Below, one piece after another: positions 1 to 12,229 of a DNA stretch of 64,000 bases. Within the stretch, counting starts at the first letter, position 1, and the number at the start of each line of letters is the position of its first letter. The notes beneath the pieces were generated by a model that was given only the letters and a program-made list of their open reading frames with translations, was not told the origin of the DNA and searched no databases. Made by a program: the position numbers and the translations under genes. Origin of the DNA: Klebsormidium nitens (taxonomy: Eukaryota; Plantae; Klebsormidiophyceae); NCBI GenBank assembly GCA_000708835.1, contig DF237170.1:1-64000 (forward strand). Reading direction: 5' to 3'.

Positions 1-2330
1 AAACCCTGTCCAACCGTCACATCGAGAGTGCCCAGCACGTTGAAGATGAAAGAGCATATGTTGCGATTATTGTTAGAAAAACAATGAACACTCCGCCAAT
101 TAATGGTTGATCGACTATCCTGCTTTAGAAGGTAATTACAATTCGACAAGATTTAACGCTACCGAGTACGCGATATCCACCACATTATATTGATTTTTGA
201 GACTTGCACAATGTATCTGAATTAAGGCTCTTCACATGATTCCATGGTACCATGGCTAGCACTGTGCAAATTAGAAGTACACGAGCCGACGTATGCATGT
301 ATCATGTTAGCCCATAGCTATTCGGGAGCCCCGGCCCTTCTATTGTCCCCCTTGTGCTTATATCAATTGTTTCATTGCGCAACAAAGGTCTTTGAAAGCT
401 TTAGAGTCGGTAATTGATTGGTCGGCGACTAGGGTAACCAGGGACTTGGTTGATGCGCTGCAATCTGCTATACCCCCATTGCACACCCCAAGGTGGAAGC
501 GTTGTGGACAATACCAGCTACTACGGATATACGGATATTTTGTATTGCGATGTCGATCTCCGGTCCACGTACTGCGGCGCTGCACGACCAACTTGGCAAC
601 GGCGGGCACTGCCAGACTCAGCGCTTCTTTGCTAGCAGCAACCTTTTAGATAACTAGCAGATCAACATGATGGGAATGTGGCTCATTGCCAGTCTAAAGG
701 CTCTGAGATGCTTCATGCTAAACATGAGGGTGTTGATCAGCAACCGTCCGCATGTTGGAAGTTCGGAACTGACCATCTCTAGTAGCACTAGCACAACTAA
801 CCCGTAAGATATACGATTGGTGTTGCCAGTGCAAACGAGCGGGATCCGACAATTGGACCGCGGACGATGTCGCATGCGATACTTTCCATGGTTCTACATT
901 ACGCCTGAAATAGCATGATATAAGTGGCATACAGCTCTCAATCTACACATGCACCCGTCGTTTGCTGCATACTGGGAGAGATGGTATACAACGATGCCCC
1001 GGGCGCGGCGGCCGCCCTTGCAACGGTTTACCACTAAGTTTGATCAGGGGAAGCTGGGGCGGGCTTCTGGCCATGCGTATTAGTGTAAACGTTGCATATG
1101 TGCAACGTTCGATTGTTTCCACTCCGTTCTATAATCGGTGGCAAATATCGGTAAAACTCGAAGCAAAAGGGACTCATAACAGTTGGACCGTGTGAATCGT
1201 CGTGCCAAAGTAACTAGTCCTAATAAAAACGGAGTCAACGTTGCCGGATAGGAGACTAGTGTTTCGACAACATATGTTGGGTGACCGTACCTGGGTTAAG
1301 CCTACCACTCTCGTTATTGTCCGACAGCGGCTTGGGTTGCGCAGCTCAAGAACACCGGTGGATTGTGTCGTCGTTGTGCTGTATTGCGTTAGGCTACAAG
1401 AGGGACTCCCACATGCTCGACCCAACCGTATTATTTCTGATAAGCAACGATCTAAGCGCAATCCAATTTGGACCGTCCTCCACCACGGAACATGCAATGC
1501 AGTTTTCTTGGCGATGACCTAAAAGCCAGGGCCGACCTTACACTAGCCTGCATAGATGCTTCGCATGTATGCGCACGTCTAAACTTCTTAACGATTAGTC
1601 GAGTTCCTATTGACCAGCGCCCCTGTCAGAAGCTCAAAACAGCGCGCCCCCAAGGCCAGCGGGGCCTTCCACGACCTGTCTCCGCTAGGCAATTGGAGGT
1701 GATCGAAGCATGCAGCGCCCAGCCCTCCTCCGTAACTCTCGCGACGGTGCACGTGACCCTAGCTGCACTACGGCATCCCTGCGTATGGTACTACAGACTA
1801 TGCTTCTAGGGGTCTTGCAACCCCGTCTGCCCCCCTGCACATTTGACGAGCCTGAAACGTCCTTCGAAAATGACTTGCCCCCAAGCCGGGCCCTCTTCCT
1901 AGTAGCCTCTACGAAGAGCGACCGGCGTCCGCCACAAAAGACCCCCCGAGCCAGCCCCCAAAACGGAAAGCTCCATCGCTAGAAGTATTCCCCACCCCGG
2001 CGCTGTCCTGGCGATCCAGGCCCCCACTTTACCAGATGGACTTGCCGGAGTTCTCCTTGAAGAGCGAAGGCTGGCCGCCAAACGGGCTGTACTCTTGGAA
2101 GTCTTCTGGACTTGGTGACACTGCACGAACGACAAACAGAAATTGAACAACGTCCTAACAATAGAAAGGCTGAATGCCTCGAGCCCGGAAACTCGTAAGT
2201 AACACCCACAAAGCAGCATGCCCCAAAAAGCGGCGGACGAGTGATCGGCATCCTTTGCTTACGTGTATTTCAACCCCCTTCAATGCAGCCAAAGAGGAAA
2301 CGTTCTTTGAGCATCGTCATCCACTACGCA

Positions 2331-5300
2331 CTAATCACCAATGGAGGCGGTGCACGTCGGATCAGAATTACGAAGGAGGGAACAGAAGCGGAAGAGCAGG
2401 AATAGAGAGTGGGCGACACCTGTTTCGCTTGCGGGAGGCGTTGGCGGCCCTGGCGCCGCCTCCGAGAACTGGGGACGTGCCGAGGGGTGCTGCTGTGACT
2501 GCGCCTGCTGGGCATGCTGCCGCTGCTGCTGCTGCTGCTGGACCGAAGGGAAGCGCGCTGCAACAACTTTCATGTTCTGGATCAGGATCAATTGGACTTC
2601 CAGGTTCAGAATATTAACTCCGAAGAGTGACCTTTGACTGTAACTCTGTGGTTGTCCTTCAGATAGGCTTTATAGAAAAAGTAAGGCTTTACAAATAATC
2701 TAGCTTAAGTTAACAGGAAGCGAGGGCATTTAACTCAAGAGTTGAAACGGCTCTTCACATGGCATCTTCCAAAGTCTCCGCGCCTTTTACGATGCGTTCT
2801 CTTGCAATAAATCTTGACAACAGGCTCCGGCGAATCAGTATCCCGGTCCCCAAGCATAGGAATTCATGACAGTTTCTGCAGATGCAGCTTGAGCAAAATG
2901 CAAACGCAGCTCTGAGAGACAGCCCGCAGATTAACAGGATTCAGTCCAACCCTACATATTTCTTTATCCACGCACGTTGTCCAAGCACGTTATCCAAGCA
3001 ACTGCACACCACTCACCATAATCCAGTGGGTTCTGGTTGTACCCCCCCGCAAGCTCCGGCCGAAAGTGGCCCGCCTGCGCAAACCGGCCCGCCATTTCCG
3101 GGTCCATCCCGCCACGCCCCTCGTTGGGACCCCCATCGAACCCGCCTGAGAGCTGCCGCCCCAGCTGCTGCGCCCGCAAAGCCCGCTCCAAAACCACGCG
3201 ATCCTCATACATCTTTGACTGCTCGTGACGGAACATTTCCTTCTGGTCCTCTGGGGACAGCCAAGGACCCTGTTCGCGGTACTGCGTGAACAGGCTCGGG
3301 GGAGCAGCGGAGTTTCCGCCCGATTGCGGGCCCGGGCCGTCCTCCCTCCCCAGAAACCCAGTGGGAGTGCTGCTTGTGCGCCGGGAGAGGGGAGCACGAA
3401 GGGGATCCCCCTGGAAATCAAAGGGTCCGCTGTTGGTCCGAGCCAAGCCCTGGTTGGGGGTTAACGCGCCCATTGAGCGGACCAAACCCTCGGACAAACC
3501 CTGGTTCGGGTTAGGGTTTATGCTGCCCATGGAGCGCATTAAACCTTCGGGTGGGCCCTGGCTGTGGCTTATGCTCCCCATCGAACGCATGAGCCCTTCG
3601 GGGGGGGGCACGCGCNCCTCGCGCGCCGCGACNCCTCGCCTCGTCACTCCCCCCACCCGACCACTTACGTACTTCTACTCGTCCTCGTCNNNNNNNNNNN
3701 NNNNNNNNNNNNNNNNNNNNNNNNNNNNNNNNNNNNNNNNNNNNNNNNNNNNNNNNNNNNNNNNNNNNNNNNNNNNNNNNNNNNNNNNNNNNNNNNNNNN
3801 NNNNNNNNNNNNNGGGTCGGGCCCGTCGGTCGTGGTCGGTCTACTCGCCTCCCGACTCGAACGCGACGTCGGACGGCCCGGTTCCGGGGGGGCCGACCGC
3901 CGCCTTCCCTGCGCGCCGCAACTCCTGGCCTGTCATCCCCCCCCCCACGACATTTGTATTCATGCCCTGCAAGCCCTGAGACGTCAGCCCGTTAGGGGCC
4001 CGCCCAAATCCGGAGAAGCCCTGACTCCCGACAGCGTTTGTCTCGGGGGACGCCTGGAGTGATCTGCTTTTCCGGGGGTCTCCTTCCTCAGGGCTCAGCA
4101 GCCCCCCCTGCCCATCCCGCTCGCTGCCATGCATGCTAGGGTTTTCATCACCTTCCCGCACACCCCCGTACATCCTCCCATCGTCAGACATCGGCTCGGG
4201 GGACTTGCGTGGATCGCTGACCGCCTGCGGCGACTTGCGCCCCTCGAGCTCTTGCTTTGTGCCACCCCCCCTCCCGAGTGGCTCGCTCGCATACTTTTGC
4301 AGAGGAGCAGGTGCCTGCCCCTGCACCTCCGGCGTCTTCGTCGCTGACCTCAGCGAAGCATACCGCTCCAGGGCTTGGAAGGCCGCCCCCTCGGTATGAG
4401 CCTCCTCCGTGCTCACACCTGGTCCCCTGGCCCCCCCTGCTCGATTCAGGATCCGAGGGTCCAGTTCCAACTGAGGGGCCCGGTCCCCCCCGACCAGTTC
4501 CGGAGACCCGGGCACTGACAGGCTCTCCTTGCGGCGCGCTCTTTCCAGGTCGAGTAGCAAGCTGTCCGCCGCCCGCCGCATCTCCTGCAAGTGCTGCACC
4601 GTCTCGCTCGTCGAGCGCCCCAGGGGGGGGTTCCCCATCCCAGGGGGGAACTCGCCGCGCTCGCTCGCCCCAGGGGGCTGCCAGCCAAAGCCCCCCCCCT
4701 CTCGCGACCCCTCCTGCTCCCCCCCGTCCATGTCCATCCCCTGCCCCGGGCCGCTGCCTCGCCGATCCAGCCGGGGCCCCGGAATGACATCAGTGTGCCG
4801 CTGTGGCGCCACGCCCCGTAAGTCTTGGAATCCTTGCACGGGCACCGAGCGCGTGCGGTTCAAAGCGGATGGCAGCGTGGGGCTAGGGCGCACCCCCATT
4901 TGCGCCAGGTCGTGGAACCCGGGGACGGGCACACTGTCCCGCCGGCCGAGGCTTTGGAACAGTCCCGGGTCCAAGCGGCCGAGCGCCTGCCGCCGCTCCC
5001 GAATGCTCAGCTCCAGAAGCGCGCGCTCTGCGAGGGAGAGCTCGAGCATGCGGTTGCTGATGGCGAGCTCTCGCTTGGCCAGTTCGCGTGCCAGCAGGGC
5101 GCGTGCGTCACGAGAGAACTCCCCCGAAGGGCTCAGATCGTTTCCCCCCAAAGGGTACGAAGGGAAGTCTGGGTGATTCATGCCGAGGGGGCCGAAGCGA
5201 TCAAGGAGGTCGTGCGGGGAGGGCTCCCCCTGCAGAAGAAAAAGGGGTGGGTCAGATAGGCAGATGCACATCAACAGGCTTGGGGGATCCCTCAGGACTT

Positions 5301-6764
5301 TCGCCTGACACAGGCGTCAGCTTGATACAGTGTGGTTTTGCGTAGTCTCAGATGTTTGCATGCTCGATATGCGTTTGTCATTGTTGGTACCATGGGAGCC
5401 TGCAGCTTGATGTCACTGCACCATTGGCCAGGAAAAGCGTGCTCCGGCGCGATCCTCCGTGCACTTTCAACCTGGCAAGCTGCAGATCAAGTTCTTTCAT
5501 ACCCAATGTGAGGCCAGCCCTTGAGCGCCTACGCAGATGCTCTTGATAAAGGAGAGTTGTTCCAGAACACAGTCAACAGTCTGTTGAAGGACGTCCATCG
5601 GTACACAACCCGCTTAGCCCCAGCAGATTCAGGCGCCAATTGCAAGCTTGGAGGTTACGATGAGACAACGTTGATCCTACACGGTAATGGAAGCACGAAA
5701 ACCCCCTTATCCAGGTCCGGCGCTCCCTCTGCTGATGGATGGGGACAATTCCCGACATTGAAACTCTCCGAGCGTATTGTGTTGGTCTCCCGGTTTCCAA
5801 AGCGGTGCTGAGGCAGGATCATAGAAGCGGTGCTTACTTGTCGCTTCGAGTTGGCCAGGTTGGCTGCCAAGAGCTCTGGCGCCGACCGGTGGAAGAAGCG
5901 GCAGTTGCTCCGGAAGCAGCGCCCATTCTCGAAGTCGCGGCACACAGGCTGGTCGTTTGGCGTCTGCAGGGCCGACAGAATGTCATGCGGCAGTGCAGAC
6001 TGACTCGGTCGAAACAGGTGGCATGTTCTGGGGTTAGCCATACCCACTTACTCTACTGCAGTTCAATCTTGGGTTCTTCAGCAGTGTGCACAGCTGGCAT
6101 ACTCTGAGAGGGGTGCACCCAACTTATGTGGCCTGACAATCAGGCCTTGTTGACCAAAATGGTAGACTGAGGTTGCTAGTATACATCCCTGGCTAATACA
6201 AGTGCTTAGCCAGCTCATTCTACATTATGATCGCCCAAGGAAGTTCTTGACCCACTAGAGGGGCTCTACCCCAGCAGGCCTAGCTGTGACGTGGACTGGG
6301 AGCATCACATACGACAGCACTGATGCAGCTTCTGATAACTGCTGACGGGTCCATCGCTGAGGAAAAAGTTGGTGCCCCACGTCAATCACAGACCCAAAGC
6401 GATTGCGAAGCAACCGGTTTGCTGAGCCACCACTTCCCTTGGCAACTGATGTCAGCTTCCTTAATAAAGAGCATCTCAAGCCGGACCCCAGAAGCAACCT
6501 GTCATTGGTGGAGACTTAAGCAAGCCAACGTTAGCGCATCATGCACGATGACGTGGCCAATGGTGGTGTCACCATGGAGCTGCAAACTTTGGTTTATCAG
6601 CAAGCACTCGTGACGGTCCTGAACCAGACGGAACCAGACCCTGCCAGACGAAACCAGAGCCTTACCCCCGGGGTCCCATCGGCATTGATGTGCGCATATC
6701 GGCAGTTCACCCGAAAGCAAACACCCTTGCGGAAGTCCCGGCATATCTCCGGCTCCCCTTGCAT
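2331..6764 (-). CDS. Tandem CCCH zinc-finger protein (two C-x7-C-x4-C-x3-H fingers) with a long Gly/Arg/Ser-rich disordered C-terminus; multi-exon, 3' end and some internal exons uncertain
   Basis: Exon 6764-6666 reads MQGEPEICRDFRKGVCFRVNCRYAHINADGTPG followed by gtaag. The second finger CRDFENGRCFRSNCRFFH lies in ORF 5655..6047 and ends at a gtaag donor. Low-complexity ORFs 3841..5274 and 2964..3656 flank an N gap, and a polyQ segment lies in 2331..2591. Confidence 0.7.
3690..3813. other. Assembly gap (124 N) inside the G-rich large exon of the CCCH gene, with low-quality flanks
   Basis: Run of N at 3690-3813; isolated N bases in 3610-3640; coding-like sequence degrades on both sides. Confidence 0.95.
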
Positions 6765-8956
6765 TCTTGTCTCTTGCTTGCTCGCCTACCTAGTCCCTCG
6801 TGCAAGCGCGCGCGTGTCACTGGTGTGCATCGGTGTGCTTGCGCTGCAGCTAGAGCGAAAAACTGGAAAATCAATATCTGAATCCAAATTCAGTGCACAT
6901 GTCATCAACTAAATCCTTGCTTGATGTAAACCATCGCAACCTTAGCACTCCCCTCCTGGCTAAGCTGTATGCTGTACACCAGTTCTGCCAGCTCTTGTAA
7001 TCTTCACGTGCCTTGTGAAAAGAAGGCGCCTTGCAGTCTCTCACATTATGTATTAACAGAAGGCGCTGCTACAATAAATATAACCCTCCACAACATAATC
7101 CTAGCTGCAAGAAGGCCGTTGCCCTGGATACCACTTGCAGTGTATACACCACCAATGCTAACGCGTGAAGTCTCTTGACCACTAGTCCATAAAAGTTTCT
7201 AGCTGGGTAGCCTATCTCCAAAAGGGAAAACTCCAAAAGTATCCGGCATTCATTGAAAGTAGATGCAGCTGATGCAAACATATGAATGGCAAAGCACACT
7301 AGGGAAATTTATTAAAAGAATGGCCTGCTTCTTGACCTAAATTCTTCTGCACTCCTGAAGAATGGTGGTCAATCAACGCCATTGCCAGAACTCTAAAGCA
7401 AGCTTGCTTGTTGAGCTTCGCGTTGATATCAAGAGTGAGCCACATCAGATGGTATGCCATTCGATGTGACCACCGGATACAGTGTAACCAAGTCACTTCA
7501 AGCCGACCAACCTGGGAAGCAATCTCCTGAGGTCACGCAGTAGGCGTCACCAATGACTTCCAAAATGAAAAGAAACCGTTGCCGAAGATGCTAATTAGCA
7601 TTACACAAAATGTGCGCATCTCAGCGAAACAGCTTCAATCTTGAGAAACCCTTCCACCGTGCATAATGCAAAATGCATCTCCCACCACAGGTTGTGTTTT
7701 CCACCATATAGAATCACGCTCAGCTTCTTCTCTCATATCCCTGACATCTCAGCGCAACGTCCAGCATGCTACTCGTACAGAAGAAGAAGATCCTGGCAAA
7801 ACCTTAGGTACTTACCGCCAAATGCCAGTCAAGAGAAAGACAACAGCCGAATGCAACCTGTAATGCGTTCTGACTCAGTCCAGCATACACTAAAGCTTTC
7901 ATTGAAAGCACCTGAAGACTTTTAGACAACTCACCTCTATAAAGTTGTTTCAATTTCAGAAATGGAGCCCTTTGCTGAATGGAACATCGCAACTGGTAAA
8001 CCCCTGCTTGTCCTTTTTCCTCCCTAGCTTCAGCGCCTACTTTACATTGCAAACAACACCTGCAAGATGTTCCTCCACAGTCATGACCCCCGGGCTCGCA
8101 GGATGCATCCAATAAGCAGGAAACCTCCGCGCTGCAATTGCTACGCCTACTCTACGCGTGTTGATGTCAGCTGCTTTAGCCCGCCATCCTCCATTTCCTG
8201 CGTTTATTTTCTTCCTCGGAGTCAGGGCAGGATCCAGCTAGGCAATTGCACAACCTGTTGCTTTTCTCCTCGGGGGGTCCGTTTTGGGCTGAAGTTCACC
8301 GGGGTTTGGCAGGTCGCTCATGAACTGACACGTTGGAAAGAGGTCTGCCACGCGGGAGCGATAAGGCCTTCAAGTCTGACAAGCGATTATTCCGTGTCAG
8401 ATTGCATCAATTGGCCGAGCCAAAATTTCCACATGGCAGCTCCGGTTTATCTGCTGAGGTAAACAGAAAAGTGATCAGCATCTGCCAAAGGCCCGCGGAC
8501 TCCGGAGTCGCGGACAAGAGTTTTTGAGTCATTCCGGGCAGCTGGTTGGCCCGGCCAGTGGCCACGAAGAAACAGGCCGGCACCAGCCTGTCGATTAAAA
8601 TCCACCAGATGCCTTTGATTACCACTGGTCGGATAGTGCACCAATTTAGTTACTTCGAATATCTGATGAGATAAAATCTGGATATTTTTGACTTTTATAA
8701 ACCCACATTTAAGGTACCTAAAATTCGGCACAGTGTCGGCATGCAAGTACCACACGTGAAAAAGTTGCGGTCAAACAGCCGTTTCGCAGTGCAATTATTC
8801 CCGTACATGATACACCCGGGTCCCGTATAATGGTACCGTGGAGGTACCGTCAGATATTTTGGTGCAGAGTCGAGGGCCGGTTGAGTCAACAACGAAACAC
8901 CGTATGTAAACTGACCAAAGTTAGGTGTACCGTATACTAAATAGATTCTCTATCGA

Positions 8957-9162
8957 TGAAACTCAAGAGAAATTAAAATGATCAAAGATAATAATAAGGT
9001 CTTAGGTAACCGCTCTGGGACGGGTAGGGTTGGTTTGGTGGTTAGGGTGGGTACGGGTGCGGAGCAGGTATCTTTTTGGGTTAGGTTTTTTTAGTGTTAG
9101 TTGGAGGCTTGGAGCTTACTATTATCTTTGCTTATTATTGTCTTTCTTGACTCTTGAGAGTT
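8957..9162. mobile_element. Small foldback/MITE-like element, copy 1 of the G-rich-core family
   Basis: Inverted arms caaagataataataag (8983-8998) / cttactattatctttg (9115-9130) and ctcaagag / ctcttgag; central G-rich core 9017-9096; flanking 12-bp direct repeat attctctatcga (8945-8956, 9163-9174). Confidence 0.65.
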
Positions 9163-9621
9163 ATTCTCTATCGACCTGCCCTGGCTTGCTGATCAAAGTT
9201 CAAACCCACCAGTAAGTTATGTATAACCATCTCTGTAACCAGCAAATTCCTAGTAGGGTGGGCAATACACCGACCTGTACCGAACAGGACCTCTACGTAC
9301 CGATTGACCTCATTGTTCCGGGTGAGCCGGGCCGATACTATCTGAGCTGACCTCAGCGGCTCAGCAGCCGCCCAAAACCCTCAAATAGACAGAAACCCTG
9401 CATAAAGCTCAGTTTACACGGTCCCCGCCGACCGGCCGCGCGCTGCATAGCGCCGGCGGCCGCCGGCCACCCGCGGGGCTTATTGAATTTTGCGTTTGCT
9501 GTTCTCAAAATGTACGTCATAGTAATATAGGAAGTGGCGCGCCTTAGACAGAATGCTACTGGGACGTTTCAGGAACAAAAAGGAGCGAAATGCATAGGCG
9601 GATCCAAAAGTGGCCCTCACC

Positions 9622-10928
9622 ATGTCGATGTATACCATCATCACGGCTTTTCTGATGTTTGTGAACGCACTGGCGATCCTCAATGAAGAAAGGTTTCTGA
9701 AGCCATGTGAGCAAGCAAAGCAGTGTGGATTTGCCCTTTTTTTTGTTGCTGAGGGTGGTGCAGCGTGCTTGTGTTCCTTCTCTGGTTGCTTTGTGTCTGC
9801 AAACCATGTAGGAACAGCTTAAACTTTGAAAACTCTTCTGAGCTTTTTGCCCTTTTGCACGCATTTTAACCAGCCAGACATTCTTATTGTGGCCACCAGA
9901 TCAGGCACAACCCGTTTTTGCTGCCATCCTGTGAATGTATTGATGGAGTTGTTAAATGGATTGTGTCCTTTCAATCTGCACAGCGCTCTGAAGAGTCTAG
10001 GAGTGCCTCAGCAAAGGAAAAAAAGCAGAATTGGTTTCCCTGCGGTTTTAAGACATATTGATGAGCCATCCAGTGGGAAACCGACTGATGAGTGCCCCAT
10101 TCAGCTGAGAAAGATTTCAACTGTATGGGACAGAGGCAATCAACATCAGCGGCCTACTTTTTCTGCTATTCTTTGTTCGCCGAACTTCCAACAGGCAAGG
10201 CCTCTGGTGAAAGATCATGAAAACCACAGGGCAGAGCTTAAGCATCCCCAAAAATATCTCATGCTAAAAGCAGGCCTGCCAGCTGTAAGTATGAACACAG
10301 CAGGGAGGTACGACAGTCTGCTGGTACAGTAACTAATGGCCAGAGGATCTTTATGAGCTGAAGTAATCAGGAGCACCAGAATTCAAGCAGTGCTTCCATC
10401 TCACCAACTGGTGCAGGGCTGCCAAGATCAAACTATGCGAACAAGGTGGTCGCATGATTTTGATGCTATTTCGCTGAAATATCTTCCTATACACTATCCT
10501 GTGCAGATGGATGGGGCTTTCAGGAGATGTCGGGAGGGCGTGTAGCATCGCTCAAGGGCCAGATCATTGGACTTTTGCATGCAGTACAATACCTCCGAGG
10601 TGAGAATACAGATCTCACTATAAAGTTGAGATTTGATGGTACCATGAGGATTCAGAGCTTGCTACTTCCCTGATGAGTCCGTAGTCCGTAGGTGCGATGA
10701 CCGTCCCAAAAGCATCTGCGATGCTCTTGAAACCTCTGATAGCATGTCTGCAAAGTCCTGTTAGAAAAGGGCCAGAGATGACCCTTCACTGTGTCGGAAG
10801 GCAGTCTGTGAGCACTTGTTTCTGACAGGAGAGCTCTGAGCCACCTGACCAGATTTCATCTGCCATCTGCAGTTCCTCTTATTGTGATGAATGTGATCAC
10901 CATTTTCGGAAAACTACTGTTTGGATAG
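9622..10928 (+). CDS. YOS1: Yos1/IER3IP1-like ER-Golgi transport membrane protein, 77 aa, exons 9622-9706, 10507-10599, 10873-10928
   Basis: Spliced translation MSMYTIITAFLMFVNALAILNEERFLKPYGWGFQEMSGGRVASLKGQIIGLLHAVQYLRVPLIVMNVITIFGKLLFG*; GT-AG junctions with consistent phases; NALAILNExRFL and LKGQIIGL are family signatures. Confidence 0.95.
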
Positions 10929-12229
10929 CAAAGCAAAATCCGAGCTACCTCCCGGCGCGGGGAGAAAAAGGTGCAAAAAAGGGAAACTGTTGCCGGGCCT
11001 AAACCACATTGAGCCATGGCGGCTGGCCGCTGCCATGGCCAGCATCGATCTCCGGTAGGACTGGGCGGCCGCGGGATACCAATCAATGATTCAAAATCAA
11101 ACGACTCCAACTGAGTTTCTAAAGTGAGGCTGCGGCTGCACTAGTCATGTCATTGAGCAAGGGCAGAAACGTCTCCGGATCGGCGGCCAGCGTCTGAGTC
11201 AGTTGTTCTTGGTGGCGGCCTGATCATTGTGCTGCGGTATATCTTACTAACTCGCCGGGACTGTACATGATGATCTGGGTACGACGCCAGTGAAATATAT
11301 CCAATGTCCAGTGGGGCCGCAAGTATCATGCGTATCTGCTCGCCCTTGCGCACTGGTCTTGCTGAGACGGTATACATATGACCCCAGACATCATGCCATG
11401 TCTAACTAAGTCAGTGAGCAAATGTATACTAAGCCCATGCGTATAAAGCTTCGCTATAATATGGACATCATGCAGTCTTAACTTTGCGCAACCGCGGCGC
11501 GCCGCATTCAATTACATCATGCCTGAGCTAGAGCGCATGAGCGATCCGCGGTCACTCTTATTCGAAGCCTTGATTGAGCCTTCAGGTTCGAGAATCACAC
11601 TGCAGCTAGCGCCGTACGTGCAAAAGATCATGAAATTAAGTTCCGCGCTAGCTAAGCTCTGGCATGCACATGCGTGATATCTGGTTGCACACGAATTACT
11701 TTTCATATTCAATTCGAAAGTTCGTCCAAGAAGTCCGGGCTCTGCACGAGCACATTGGGAGCACATTACTGGCAAGCCATGAGCATGCATGGCCTTGGAC
11801 CGCGACCCGCAAGTGACTTCATGCAATTGATATTCCGGGAAACTTGAAAAGTTGCATGTCAATGTCGACAATTCTCATTTGTGGTGCATCGGGCGGCCCG
11901 GCCACCTACAACGTCCGCCACCCTATAGTATGTCGTCAATGAATCTGGGCTGCGGAGAGTACGTCTTGGTTGCATGATAAACCTTTAATTCCAATGTAGG
12001 ACCGGCTTATATTCGTGATTGTTGTCTCTGATAAAAGGATCCATGTCTATGCGGAGCACACTATTTTTGCTGACGTCCTCCACACCTGGTAACCATTTTC
12101 ATAACGGCGGCCTTCTTCTGTTTGCCCGATCTGCAAAAAAAGGTTCTCCGCTTTAGCTCTACGCATGTACATCTTACTCGGAGAGTTCGGCCACGCAAAT
12201 CTGCCCCGCCGCTCTCATCAGCCCCGCAA

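Noticed and set aside
358-609. Minus-strand ORF with DQSITDSKAFKDL, faintly like a hAT transposase segment
   Set aside because: Only a few residues match; no DDE, BED or dimerisation motifs nearby and no TIR pair.
3600-3900. Apparent stop at 3841 and odd sequence around the gap, suggesting two separate genes
   Set aside because: Flanks contain stray Ns and look like low-quality read ends; likely one continuous exon.
9253-9300. tagggtgggcaa followed by accg words, resembling a hAT terminus
   Set aside because: No matching inverted partner or 8-bp TSD found.
9421-9480. GC-rich hairpin-like stretch upstream of YOS1
   Set aside because: The palindromy is expected from near-pure GC composition in a promoter; no RNA-gene motifs.
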